Origin: a virus | DNA: 64,000 bases | Virus record (IMG/VR): IMGVR_UViG_3300005099_000066 | Coordinates: 1-64,000 of that record | Strand: one strand, 5' to 3' | In this document: piece by piece, positions 38,466-48,672 of the stretch | Position numbering within the stretch: position 1 is the stretch's first letter | Layout: each line of letters opens with the position of its first letter | The notes under the pieces: model-generated | What the model was told of the DNA's origin: nothing | The model's database searches: none | Seen by the model: only the letters and a program-made list of their open reading frames with translations | Made by a program: the position numbers and the translations under genes

Positions 38466-39732
38466 CATGATAAAGGAGAAACTTCGCTTTGTAAGATGTA
38501 AAGTTTGTGGTTTTCCATATGAACTTCACTGGGAGGAGTGTGAAGGAGAAAGAAATGTCTTTGCCATAAAAACGAACTCTTTTGTTAAATCAGGAAATGA
38601 AAAAAAGTATAGTTTGAATTCGAGATGCCCCATTTGTGGAGCAAAATTTTCTAAGAATTTGGAAGAATGTAGTGATATGGATTATTTTACTTATTATTCG
38701 ATTTGGAATTCTGGTGAAAAATGGATAAAGATTATTGATGATGTTCGTAATTTCAATACTGTATTCGCAAAACATGACAAAAATATTTTTGTGAAGTTTC
38801 ATAAGGGCAAAAACAATGTTGATTTGTCTAATGAGGATTTGGTAATAAATATGGCCAAAGTTGATTTTGTTGAAATGAAAATAAAAGAGGTTTGTTTTCA
38901 TTTCAGCAATGGTTCTTTGTTAACTTTAATTTTAAAATTACCTCAGAAGGAGGAGAATGATGAACAGGGCACAAAAGAGATTGTGTGAAGAAATATGGAG
39001 GGTGTTGCCTTTCCCTCCGACAGATGTAAAAACATTTGATGAGTATAAGAAGTTTCTATTTAAAACATATGCCATACAACTTGATGACTTTCCTGTATGG
39101 ATAATTTCATATATAGAGAAACATTTTGAAGGCCAGGCTGACGAATCTGAAGAACTTATGTATGGTCCTTAAAAAGGGGGTGAAAAATGAATATACAAAA
39201 AGTAAAACAGGAGTTGGAAAAAGCTGAAAAAATTGTTGAGAATGTTGCTGAAGAAATAAGAAAAAACATGGAATCTTCTGATACTCCGAATTTGTCTGAA
39301 GAAGATATGGAAAAAGAATTCCTTTTTATGCAGGCTATGCGTTTGTTGAATAAGATTGGAGCTATGAAAGATTTTTCCTGGAGACGCATCGAAATTTTAG
39401 AGGACACTCCTATTATATTTAAGATACGAACTTCTTGTGCTTGTGGTCTTCCAGAGGATTCTTTGACTGTTGAATATTACAGAAAGCATGGTGAAGTATA
39501 TTTGTATTTATATAATTATTGGTATGACCATCTTGGTTTAGACCCAGCTACTCCTGCTATAATTTGGAATTTGAAGCGTTTTTGGAATAGATTAAAGATG
39601 TTGTGGAAAATTTTTGTTACGGGAAAATTAGAACTATATGGAGAATTTATATTCGAAGATTTTAATCATCTGAGAGATTTTATTGAAGCATTGAAGACAA
39701 TTAATGCAGAATGGAAGCAGAAATCTGAATAA
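38455..39732 (+). CDS. Three hypothetical proteins (zinc-ribbon 38455-38988; 38957-39172; 39187-39732)
   Basis: CKVCG...CPICG; tiling. Confidence 0.55.
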
Positions 39733-39788
39733 TGGCTGGTTTAATCTCTAAAATAAAGAGGAACAAAAATTGATAAAGGAGGTTTGAT

Positions 39789-40394
39789 ATGAAGAAGACA
39801 ATATATGATGAAACACTGCAAGCAATAGGAGAAAAAGTAATAGAGAAGTTTCATCCACAACTTATGACTTCAGAAATTATGTTTTTATTTGCCGATGATT
39901 TGGGAGGATATGGTGGAAGATTTGTATTAGGTAGAGTCAGAAGAGCGAATCCAGTTGAAAAGATGTTATATAAGAAAATTTCTGGGGTTCAAAAACCTCT
40001 TGAATTTGTTGTTTTGTTGGATTTTCCATCCTCTGTATATGCTTCTGAAGATTTTGTTGAAATAAAGAGCAAGGTTTTGTTGAGAACAATAGACCATGAA
40101 CTTTGCCATATAAGAGTTCAAAAGTCAGAAGAAGGTGAGGAAAAGAAAAAGTTGGTAGGCCATGATTTTGAAGATTTTAAAGATGTTATTGAAAGATGGG
40201 GAATATTAGAATTTGTTCAGAACAATTTGGGAGATGAACTCGTTGAAAGATTGGGAGATTTAATTACTACTTTAAATTCTAAATTGAATGTAATAATAAA
40301 TGATTTATATGGTTCTTCTGAGGAATTTCTTGAAAGATGTTCCAAAAAATTTAGAACAGCTTCTGATATCCAGATTCAATTTCTAATAAAATGA
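39789..40394 (+). CDS. Putative phage metallopeptidase
   Basis: IDHELCHI...GHDFEDFKDVIERWG. Confidence 0.8.
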   Translation: MKKTIYDETLQAIGEKVIEKFHPQLMTSEIMFLFADDLGGYGGRFVLGRVRRANPVEKMLYKKISGVQKPLEFVVLLDFPSSVYASEDFVEIKSKVLLRTIDHELCHIRVQKSEEGEEKKKLVGHDFEDFKDVIERWGILEFVQNNLGDELVERLGDLITTLNSKLNVIINDLYGSSEEFLERCSKKFRTASDIQIQFLIK

Positions 40395-40407
40395 AAGGAG
40401 GAGATTT

Positions 40408-42888
40408 ATGTATTCAGAAGGATTTGTAGAATTTAGAGATGCTGTTGCAAGAGAAAAGTATTTTCTTGAAGGAGAAGAAAGCTGGGATGATGTAATAAAA
40501 AGAGTATCAAATGAGATTGGAAATTTTCTCGAAAACAAGTTAAAGCATGAAAACAAGGGAAATTTATATAGGGAGATGTATGGCGACAAATCCCCTTCAG
40601 AAATCTTCTATAACATGATGTCCCAGAATATATTTATTCCAGGAGGCAGAATTCTATATGGAGCGGGCAATCCCAATAAAGTGACATTAACAAATTGTTA
40701 TGTCTTACCTTCTCCAGATGATTCTATTGAAGGTATAATGAAGCTTGCTACTGAAATGGCTTTGACTTATAGGGCAGGCGGTGGAGTTGGATTTGATATT
40801 TCATCCTTAAGACCAGAAGGCTCTCCTGTGAGAAACGCAGCACGAACATCCACAGGAGCCTGGAGTTTTATGGAGTTGTATTCTTTAATAACAGGTATAA
40901 TAGGACAAGCAGGTAGAAGAGGTGCTTTGTTAATAGCTATGGATATATCACATCCAGATGTTCTGAAATTTGTATCTGCTAAATCAATAATTTCTCCCAA
41001 TAATAAAAAGTTTCTACAGCAGGCTTCCTATTTTGGTTGGACTCCAGAACAATTGGAGGCAGCAGAAAAGATACTTACTATGTCACAAATAAGGTTTGCT
41101 AATCTATCTGTGAAACTTACTGATGAATTTATGAAAGCAGTGAAAGCAGGAGAGGAGTGGGCTTTCAGATGGAAAGGGAAAGTTATGAAAACAATGCCAG
41201 CCAGAGATGTGTTTAAGTATATTGCTGAATTTGCCTGGAAAACTGCTGAACCAGGGATTTTATTTGTAGATACTGCTAAAAGATATTCAACAACTGAATA
41301 TTTTTCTCCTATTGTTAATACAAATCCTTGTGGAGAACAGTGGCTTGGAGCTTATGGGAATTGTAATCTGGGGGCAATAAATGTTGGAAGTCCAGTCTTC
41401 TTTAGAGATGGATTTTTTGATTATGTTAATTTTGGTTACTACATAAAAGTAGCAATTTTGTTTATGAATGCTGTAATCTGGTATAATCTTGATAGACATC
41501 CTCTCCCTGAGCAAAAGAAAACTGCTGAAAGGGAAAGAAGAATTGGGCTTGGAATAATGGGATTGGCTGATGCTTATATAAGAAAAGGAGTTGAGTATGG
41601 AGAAGGGAGTTTTACTTCCAAGCTTGCTGAAGTTCTTGCTTATTATGCTTATTCAGCGAGTATACAACTTTCAAAAATATTTGGTTCATTTCCTGATTAC
41701 GACCCAGATAAACATTTTGAACAAGAGTATTATAAAAGACTTATTGAAGAATATCCAGAATTTGAGAATTTATTTAAAGAAGCAAAAGAAGTGGGATTGG
41801 CGAACTCTGCTCTTCTAACAATAGCTCCTACGGGAACTACTTCAATAATGGCAGGTGCTTCATCAGGTATAGAGCCTGTATTTGGATGGAAAGTCCAAAG
41901 ATGGTTTGAAACAGCAGGCAAAATGTTTGAATTTTACCATCCAGTATATTATGAGTATATAAACAATAACTCTGATGAAAAGCTACCTGAGTATTTTCAA
42001 ACTTATGCTGATGTTGATTATAGAACAAGATTGGATACTCAAGCAATTTTACAGAAATTTATTGACAATTCTATTTCTTCGACTGTGAATTTGCCTGAAT
42101 CTGTTAGTGTTGAAGATATAGAAAATCTGTATATGGAGGCATGGGAAAAGGGATTGAAAGGCATAACAGTTTACAGAGAGAATAGCAGATTTGCCGTAAT
42201 CAAAAAGAAAGATGAAAAGTCAGAGGAAAAACAAGAAAAGAAAGAGAAAAGAGAAGAACTCAAGATATTTATACCTGCTCCAAAAAAGGCAGGGCTTGAA
42301 GGAAAAAGATATAGATTCAAATATAAAGACACAGGAATATACATAATGGTATTTGGAGAAAACAATGTTCCCAGGGAAGTATTTCTGGGTAGTAAAAATT
42401 TGAAGTGTTGGGATTTTGCTATTGCTTTGAATACAACTCTGTCAGAAATTCTCAGAAGTCTGCCTGAGGATTTGGCAATAACATTTGCTAAAAGAATGGT
42501 GAAAAAGTATAAATCATTATCTACGGGAGATTCTGCTTTTATATTTGGAGAGAAGCTTGGCTCAGTTGTGGGATTGTGGGGTTTGGCTTTGGATTGGTAT
42601 ATGAATGGAATTGACCCAAATGAACTTGAGGAAGAAATAAAGAGAAGCCTTCTAACAGTGAACATCCCAAATAAGCCAAAGCCTTCTCTAAAAACTTACA
42701 ACAGCAGTTTTGTTGTTTTATATGAGGGATTGGATTTGAAAAATGGAGCAGAACTTCCAAATGACGCAGTTATTTCGAGATGTCCTTCTTGTGGTGCTAA
42801 ACATATAACAAAGGGAAGACCATATTCGTTTGATTGTGAACATCCCTGTATGGTTTGTGGTTATTCAGAAAAATGTCCAGGAGATTGA
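40408..42888 (+). CDS. nrdJ: Class II (adenosylcobalamin-dependent) ribonucleotide reductase
   Basis: PGGRIL, TNCYV, GGGVG, RRGA, TNPCGEQ, CNLG, IAPTGT, KGITVYR, C-terminal Cys cluster; no small subunit seen. Confidence 0.92.
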   Translation: MYSEGFVEFRDAVAREKYFLEGEESWDDVIKRVSNEIGNFLENKLKHENKGNLYREMYGDKSPSEIFYNMMSQNIFIPGGRILYGAGNPNKVTLTNCYVLPSPDDSIEGIMKLATEMALTYRAGGGVGFDISSLRPEGSPVRNAARTSTGAWSFMELYSLITGIIGQAGRRGALLIAMDISHPDVLKFVSAKSIISPNNKKFLQQASYFGWTPEQLEAAEKILTMSQIRFANLSVKLTDEFMKAVKAGEEWAFRWKGKVMKTMPARDVFKYIAEFAWKTAEPGILFVDTAKRYSTTEYFSPIVNTNPCGEQWLGAYGNCNLGAINVGSPVFFRDGFFDYVNFGYYIKVAILFMNAVIWYNLDRHPLPEQKKTAERERRIGLGIMGLADAYIRKGVEYGEGSFTSKLAEVLAYYAYSASIQLSKIFGSFPDYDPDKHFEQEYYKRLIEEYPEFENLFKEAKEVGLANSALLTIAPTGTTSIMAGASSGIEPVFGWKVQRWFETAGKMFEFYHPVYYEYINNNSDEKLPEYFQTYADVDYRTRLDTQAILQKFIDNSISSTVNLPESVSVEDIENLYMEAWEKGLKGITVYRENSRFAVIKKKDEKSEEKQEKKEKREELKIFIPAPKKAGLEGKRYRFKYKDTGIYIMVFGENNVPREVFLGSKNLKCWDFAIALNTTLSEILRSLPEDLAITFAKRMVKKYKSLSTGDSAFIFGEKLGSVVGLWGLALDWYMNGIDPNELEEEIKRSLLTVNIPNKPKPSLKTYNSSFVVLYEGLDLKNGAELPNDAVISRCPSCGAKHITKGRPYSFDCEHPCMVCGYSEKCPGD

Positions 42889-42908
42889 TGTCATCAAGGA
42901 ATTAGACT

Positions 42909-43112
42909 ATGCCTACTTATATTTACAAATGTAAAAAGTGTAGTTATATATTTGAAAAGGAATTTAAAGTAGGTGAAGTCAGAAAGAATTTACATTCTTC
43001 TGAGTTGCAAAAGTGTCCAAAATGTGGAGGAGAAGTTTATAGAATTTATACTTCTCCCTCACTCAGATTTGTAGGTTCTGGATTTTATGTAAATGATTAC
43101 AAGGGAAAATGA
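42909..43112 (+). CDS. FmdB-family zinc-ribbon protein
   Basis: MPTYIYKCKKC...CPKCGG...FVGSGFYVNDY. Confidence 0.9.
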   Translation: MPTYIYKCKKCSYIFEKEFKVGEVRKNLHSSELQKCPKCGGEVYRIYTSPSLRFVGSGFYVNDYKGK

Positions 43113-43152
43113 GTTGGAAATTGAATCTAATGAAATAGGGGAGGTGAAAAGA

Positions 43153-43539
43153 ATGAATAAAAAATTGAAAGAATTTTTTGAAAGTCTGCCAAAAATAGAA
43201 GTGCTGAAAATGACTTCCCTTTCAGAATTCGAAGAGCCATTTTCATTGATGTTTGAGTTGTATATGGCAAAGAATAAAGGTTATGGAGCTTCCTGGAGAA
43301 AGAGAGGAATTCCAAGTTCTTTTGAGAATATAAGCAGAAAATATGACAGACTTCTTGTTCAAGTAGAAAAATCTAATTTTCATCCAGAAAATCTTTCAAA
43401 TGAAGAAAAACTTGATTTCTTTGATACGGCAATTGACCTTGCTGTGTATTCATATCTTTTTCTTTGGTTTGTATATGATTTGTTTGGAGAAGAAATAGTA
43501 AAGGAGTGGAGAAAGAAAGTAGGATTGGAAAATGGATAA
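43153..43539 (+). CDS. Nmad1/DUF1599-like all-alpha nucleotide-modification-associated protein
   Basis: KNKGYGASWRKRG...NISRKYDRL...DTAIDLAVYS. Confidence 0.75.
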   Translation: MNKKLKEFFESLPKIEVLKMTSLSEFEEPFSLMFELYMAKNKGYGASWRKRGIPSSFENISRKYDRLLVQVEKSNFHPENLSNEEKLDFFDTAIDLAVYSYLFLWFVYDLFGEEIVKEWRKKVGLENG

Positions 43540-45910
43540 AACTCTGAGAGAAGAATGTAAAAATTGTATATTCTTCAATAATGCGTATGTTCCTCCAGAA
43601 TATCCTTTTGGTGATGAAAAAATTGATGTTTTGTTTATAGGAGAAGCTCCTGGGGTAGAAGAGGAAAGACTTGGAAAGCCATTTGTGGGAAGGTCAGGCC
43701 AATTATTTAGAGATGCTCTTGCTGAATTTATAAAGGAATTTCCTCATCTGAAATTTGGAATAACAAATGTTGTGAAATGCCATCCTCCCAATAATATGAC
43801 TCCCAAATCAGCTGAAATAAAATTGTGTAAGCCTTTGCTTCTTGATGAGATAGAGAAGTATGACCCAGATTTTATAATACCTTTAGGAAACACAGCTCTT
43901 CAAGCAATAGTTGGAAGGGCAGGTATTCAGAAAAATTTAAATCAAGTTATAACTAAAGTTGTTGCTGGAAGGGAGAGAACAATAATACCAACTTTTCATC
44001 CTGCTGCTATTTTAAGAAATCCTCATCTATTACAAGATTTTGTGAGAACATTTGGTATATTAGAAAAGATAATGAAAGGACAGGTTCTTGAGTTGGAGGA
44101 TTTCATAGTTGTAGATGATTTTAGGAAGATTGAAAATATGTTGAATGATTTATCAAATTCTAAAGCATTTGCTTTTGACCTTGAGACTTCTTCTTTGAAT
44201 CCTTTTTCTGAGAATGCCAAAATTCTTTGCTTGTCTTTGTCAAATGGGAAAAATACTTATGTTATCCCTGCTAAAGATTATGAGATGTCTAATCTGATTG
44301 ACTTGTTAAAAATTGTTTTTTCCCTTCCAGCTAAAAAGATTGCTCACAATGCGAAATTTGATGTGAAATGGTTAAAAGTTTTTGGTGTGGAAGTTAAGAA
44401 TCTGGCTTTTGATACTATGATAGCCCACTATTTGATTAATGAAAATTTGCCTCACTCTCTGGCTTTTATTCTATCTGAAATGGGATTTGTTGACCACAAA
44501 GGAGATTTTTCAAGAGCTGTTGGAGGGGAAACTGCTACTTGGAAGGTGTTATCTGATGAAGAAAAGCTTAATGAATACTGGGATGTTCTTCTTGAGTATA
44601 ATGCGAAAGATGCTTGGTCAACTTATTTAATCTATGAGAAATTAAAAGATAAACTCGAATCAAGTCAGGTTTGGTTAATGGAAAATTTTTATATTCCTTT
44701 GATATACACATTTTCAGAAATAGAAATTTATGGGATGAAAGTTGATTTGAATAGAATCCAGTATTTATCCCAGAAGTATAAGAATGAAATGAAGAAAATT
44801 ATATCTGAAATGGAAAATTTATCGTCCGTCAAATTTTGGAAGACTCTACATCCTGATGAAAAATTTAATCCATCTTCGACAAAGCAAGTTGCTGAAATTA
44901 TTTTTGATATAGAGAAATTAGAAGTTATTGCTATGACTCCGAAAGGAGCACCATCGACAAAGAGTGAATTTCTTGAATTTCTTGCCTCGAAATCGAAATT
45001 TGTTAAATTGTTGTTAGAATATAGGAAAATTATGAAAAACGAAACTGCTTTTATAAAAGGCATTCAAAAACATATAAAAATAGATGGATGTGTTCATCCC
45101 TCTTATAATCTTATTGGAACAGTGACGGGCAGAATATCTTGTAGAGAGCCAAACATACAACAGATACCAAAAGATTCAGAAATAAGAACAATATTTGTTC
45201 CAAAACTTGATTGGTTTATAGAAGCTGACTTTTCACAAATAGAGTTAAGAGTTGCTGCTTCTTTGTCTGGGGACCCATATATGATTGATGCTTATAAAAA
45301 AGGTGAAGACTTACATACAAAAACTGCTTCTTCCATATTTGGGAAGAGACCAGAAGAGGTTTCAGAAGAAGAACGATTTGTGGCAAAAACTATTAATTTT
45401 GGTATTTTGTATGGAATGGGAGCAAAGAGTTTACAGGCAAGAGTTTCCAGAGAAGGAATAAATATACCTTTGAAAAAGGCAGAAGAATATATCAGAAAGT
45501 TCTTTATAGCCTATCCTGTTTTGAAAGCTTGGGTAGATGAGCAAAAATCAAAAGTTCTTGGTTCCAGAATGGTAGTGTCTCCTTTTGGAAGAATTAGAAG
45601 ATTAATGGGAACTTCTGATGATGATTTGAGACAGGGTGTAAATGCTCCTGTTCAGGGAACTGCTTCTGATTTAACTTTGTTTTCTGTGATGTTTCTTCAC
45701 AATGAATTTAAAAGGAGAGGTTTGAAATCCCATATAGTAGGTTCAGTTCATGATTCAATATTATTTGATGTGGCTGATGAAGAATTACACTGTGTTGTGA
45801 CTCTAATAAAACAGATAATGGAAGGACTTGATTTTGATTTTATAAAAGTTCCTTTGAAAGTAGATGTTGCAATAGGAAAGGCATGGGGAGAAATTTTAAT
45901 GGAGGTATAA
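43532..45910 (+). CDS. polA: Family A DNA polymerase with N-terminal family-4 uracil-DNA glycosylase domain and 3'-5' exonuclease
   Basis: CxxC, GEAPG, PFVGRSG, VKCHPP, FHPAAILR; FDLET, HNAKFD, YNAKD; ADFSQIELR, AKTINFGILYG, VHDS. Confidence 0.95.
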   Translation: MDKTLREECKNCIFFNNAYVPPEYPFGDEKIDVLFIGEAPGVEEERLGKPFVGRSGQLFRDALAEFIKEFPHLKFGITNVVKCHPPNNMTPKSAEIKLCKPLLLDEIEKYDPDFIIPLGNTALQAIVGRAGIQKNLNQVITKVVAGRERTIIPTFHPAAILRNPHLLQDFVRTFGILEKIMKGQVLELEDFIVVDDFRKIENMLNDLSNSKAFAFDLETSSLNPFSENAKILCLSLSNGKNTYVIPAKDYEMSNLIDLLKIVFSLPAKKIAHNAKFDVKWLKVFGVEVKNLAFDTMIAHYLINENLPHSLAFILSEMGFVDHKGDFSRAVGGETATWKVLSDEEKLNEYWDVLLEYNAKDAWSTYLIYEKLKDKLESSQVWLMENFYIPLIYTFSEIEIYGMKVDLNRIQYLSQKYKNEMKKIISEMENLSSVKFWKTLHPDEKFNPSSTKQVAEIIFDIEKLEVIAMTPKGAPSTKSEFLEFLASKSKFVKLLLEYRKIMKNETAFIKGIQKHIKIDGCVHPSYNLIGTVTGRISCREPNIQQIPKDSEIRTIFVPKLDWFIEADFSQIELRVAASLSGDPYMIDAYKKGEDLHTKTASSIFGKRPEEVSEEERFVAKTINFGILYGMGAKSLQARVSREGINIPLKKAEEYIRKFFIAYPVLKAWVDEQKSKVLGSRMVVSPFGRIRRLMGTSDDDLRQGVNAPVQGTASDLTLFSVMFLHNEFKRRGLKSHIVGSVHDSILFDVADEELHCVVTLIKQIMEGLDFDFIKVPLKVDVAIGKAWGEILMEV

Positions 45911-45911
45911 A

Positions 45912-46247
45912 ATGATAGATATGTTTGATTATAATTCTAATCTCGAAAAGACTGTTTTTCAAATTATTTCCGAAAGTTGGGATTTGGATGATGAGGAATT
46001 AACTGAAAGAGTAAGATTCTTTTTGTTGGAATATATAACAAAATGGTTTTTTGATAATTATAATGATTTAGTTAAAGTTAAGGGAAATGATATATATTTC
46101 TCCAAAAAGTTTGTGCTAAATTATTTATATTTAGCAATACCAGATAAATTAGAATCAGAATGGTATGAGCTTTATGTAGGGACAAAAAGGAAGAATGGTG
46201 AAGAAATGAGATTTATTTATTTTAAACCAACAAAAGAGGAGGTGTAA
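45912..46247 (+). CDS. Hypothetical protein
   Basis: GGAGG RBS. Confidence 0.55.
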   Translation: MIDMFDYNSNLEKTVFQIISESWDLDDEELTERVRFFLLEYITKWFFDNYNDLVKVKGNDIYFSKKFVLNYLYLAIPDKLESEWYELYVGTKRKNGEEMRFIYFKPTKEEV

Positions 46248-46249
46248 AG

Positions 46250-47302
46250 ATGTTAAACATAGATAAACTGAAGAAGGACCTCGAAAAACTGTCTACTCCA
46301 GAAGGACCAAGCATAAGATGGATGTATCCTCCTGAAGGAGTCACCAGAGTGAGAATACTTCCTGCTCTTTTTGGCAGTGATGTATTCTATGAAATAGTAG
46401 CAAGACACAGAGTTCCTGATTCTGAATCCCCCAGAGGAATTAAATCATACATCTGTAAAAAGCTGACATTTGGACAGGAGTGTCCTATCTGTTCTGCTTA
46501 TGAAATTCTACAGAAAAGCAAGTCCGCATACAACATAGATGATAAATTGATAAAGAGTCTAAAGCCATACTTTAGAATCTATGTAAATGCTATCATAAAG
46601 GGATGGAAAAGGGCACTACAAGACCCAACATTCATTTACCCAGACACATTTCCCCCTGAACAGCCTGTTCTTCTTGTTATCCCTCAAACAGTTCATACCC
46701 AAATTTTAAATTTGATTCTTGGAGAGTATGGAGATATAACTGACCCACAGAATGGAAGGGATATTGACATTGTTAGAACAACAGTAGGAAATAGAACAGA
46801 ATATTCAGTTCAGCCAGTTCCCAATCCATCTCCTATTGAAAATGCTTCTGAGATATTCCAGAAAGCTTATGATTTAAAATCTGTCGTTGCTGAGATGGAT
46901 GAAGATTACGAATCCTTACAGGAAAGATTTCTCCAGGGTATACTTGGGGCTTCTACTACAAATATTTTGGCAGGAGTCATAAGTAATATTCTTTCTGGGT
47001 ATGCTCCACAGCCTTTGACTTCTCCGACTCCTTCTGCTCCGCCAACTCCAACTCCTACTGTTCAACCAACTCCTCCTTCACCTACCCCTACTGCAAAACC
47101 GACTGTTCCTCCGACTCCTACACAAGCTCCAACAGTTCCTCCGACTCCAACAACTCCTTCAAGTATACCTATTCCAGAACCTCAAACTCCTCCTTCTCCA
47201 ACTCCTACTCAAGAAACTTCAAAATCAACTCCGACATCCCCAGAGAATCTCAGACAAAAGTTGGAAGAGTTAAAGAAGAAATTCTCAAAAGGAAGTTCAT
47301 AA
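46250..47302 (+). CDS. gp32-like single-stranded DNA-binding protein with Pro/Thr-rich tail
   Basis: RVRILP...H...C...ECPIC...YVNA...YGDITDPQNGRDI. Confidence 0.8.
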   Translation: MLNIDKLKKDLEKLSTPEGPSIRWMYPPEGVTRVRILPALFGSDVFYEIVARHRVPDSESPRGIKSYICKKLTFGQECPICSAYEILQKSKSAYNIDDKLIKSLKPYFRIYVNAIIKGWKRALQDPTFIYPDTFPPEQPVLLVIPQTVHTQILNLILGEYGDITDPQNGRDIDIVRTTVGNRTEYSVQPVPNPSPIENASEIFQKAYDLKSVVAEMDEDYESLQERFLQGILGASTTNILAGVISNILSGYAPQPLTSPTPSAPPTPTPTVQPTPPSPTPTAKPTVPPTPTQAPTVPPTPTTPSSIPIPEPQTPPSPTPTQETSKSTPTSPENLRQKLEELKKKFSKGSS

Positions 47303-47303
47303 A

Positions 47304-47678
47304 ATGGTTTTGAACATAGAGAAAGTTGGAACTACAATAAAAGCTGATATGAATGGAATTGTTTTACACTTTGACCCAGAGACTTTGCTTCAGCCACCAA
47401 CGCAATTGATAGCTCTTAAGTATCAGTGGGGTTTGGTTAAGTCTGAAATAGAGAGAATAAAAAGATACCTCGATTTTGAAGTGAAGAAAACCAAAGCAGA
47501 AACAATAAAATCTTTGATGAGTTCAGGTATGTCAAAGACTGCTGCCTCTGAAGAAGTTGTCCTTGATTCAGCGTATCAGAACAAAGTTCAGCAACTTCAA
47601 ATATATGAATATTGGTCAGATTTGGTTTATCAAGTTTTATCAGCACTTGATGGAGCAATCAATGCAAGGGGAGAATAG
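47304..47678 (+). CDS. UvsY-like recombination mediator (tentative)
   Basis: Helical protein of about 120 aa between SSB and RecA. Confidence 0.45.
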   Translation: MVLNIEKVGTTIKADMNGIVLHFDPETLLQPPTQLIALKYQWGLVKSEIERIKRYLDFEVKKTKAETIKSLMSSGMSKTAASEEVVLDSAYQNKVQQLQIYEYWSDLVYQVLSALDGAINARGE

Positions 47679-47691
47679 GAGAGCCTATAAA

Positions 47692-48672
47692 ATGGACATA
47701 AAAATGGACGAAGTAGCCAAAAAGTTGAGTAAGGAAGCTGGGGTGGAGATTGTTCCTCCACCCCAAGTTCCTCACGAGAGGATACCTACGGGAATAGCAC
47801 CTCTTGATTGGTTAATAGAAGGAATTCCTTTATCTGCTGTCACAACTTTCTTTGGTCCTGAATCTTCTGGTAAAACTACGATTGCTGCTTATGTTGCTGC
47901 TAAATTTCAGCAAATGGGAGGTATAGTCTCTTGGATTGATACTGAATACTCTTTTTCTACTGAATATTTTCAGAGAATTGGTGTGAATACGAAAAATCTT
48001 TTATATACAGTTGGTGTTACAGTTGAACAAGCATTTAAGGTAATGGAAACAGTCATTGGATTTTCTCTTGAAAATGACCAGCCATGTCTTGTTGTGTGGG
48101 ATTCAATTGCTGCTACTCCATCAGAGGAAGAAGAAAGCAGAGCTTTTGATGAAAATACAGTTGCTGCTGCTGCGAGAGCACTTTCAAAAGGATTTAGAAA
48201 GTTGTCTGTAAAACTTGCGAGGCAACCAAAAGTTGCTTTTTTGATGATAACACAAGTAAGGGAGGATATTGGTGGTTCCATTTATGGAACTGGATATGAT
48301 ATGTATGGAGGCAGAGCATTAAAGCATTATCATATGCTTGCTCTGGAGTTTAGAAGAGTTGGGTATATCAGAGAAGAGATACCAGGAGTGAAAGCCCAAA
48401 TATTGGTTGCTAAATCAAAGCTTCCGAATGCTCCTATGCTGAAAGGTGTTTCCCTTTATATCAATTATGGTTATGGAGTTGATGAAGGGAAGTCTTTAGT
48501 TGATATAGCAAAGGATTTGGGATACATAAGAGTTCAGGGTGGATGGTGGAAATTTTCTAAAGGTGATTCCAAAGCTTATAGAAGAAATGAAATAGCATTG
48601 GAGTTGTTAAAAAATGAACACAAAAAAGCTTTGGAGTTGCTATGGAGAGAGAAAAACAAACCATCCATATAG
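47692..48672 (+). CDS. recA: RecA/UvsX recombinase
   Basis: IPTG..PLD, GPESSGKTT, WIDTE, VVWDSIAA, GGRALK; start moved to ATG 47692. Confidence 0.92.
   Translation: MDIKMDEVAKKLSKEAGVEIVPPPQVPHERIPTGIAPLDWLIEGIPLSAVTTFFGPESSGKTTIAAYVAAKFQQMGGIVSWIDTEYSFSTEYFQRIGVNTKNLLYTVGVTVEQAFKVMETVIGFSLENDQPCLVVWDSIAATPSEEEESRAFDENTVAAAARALSKGFRKLSVKLARQPKVAFLMITQVREDIGGSIYGTGYDMYGGRALKHYHMLALEFRRVGYIREEIPGVKAQILVAKSKLPNAPMLKGVSLYINYGYGVDEGKSLVDIAKDLGYIRVQGGWWKFSKGDSKAYRRNEIALELLKNEHKKALELLWREKNKPSI

Noticed and set aside
40408-45910. Inteins or introns in RNR or PolA
   Set aside because: ORFs are continuous and of normal length; no intein terminal motifs or homing endonuclease; only a ~30-aa insertion in RNR
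47005-47240. CRISPR array or DGR-like repeat
   Set aside because: Degenerate codon-phase repeats encoding a Pro/Thr linker; no repeat-spacer structure, no reverse transcriptase
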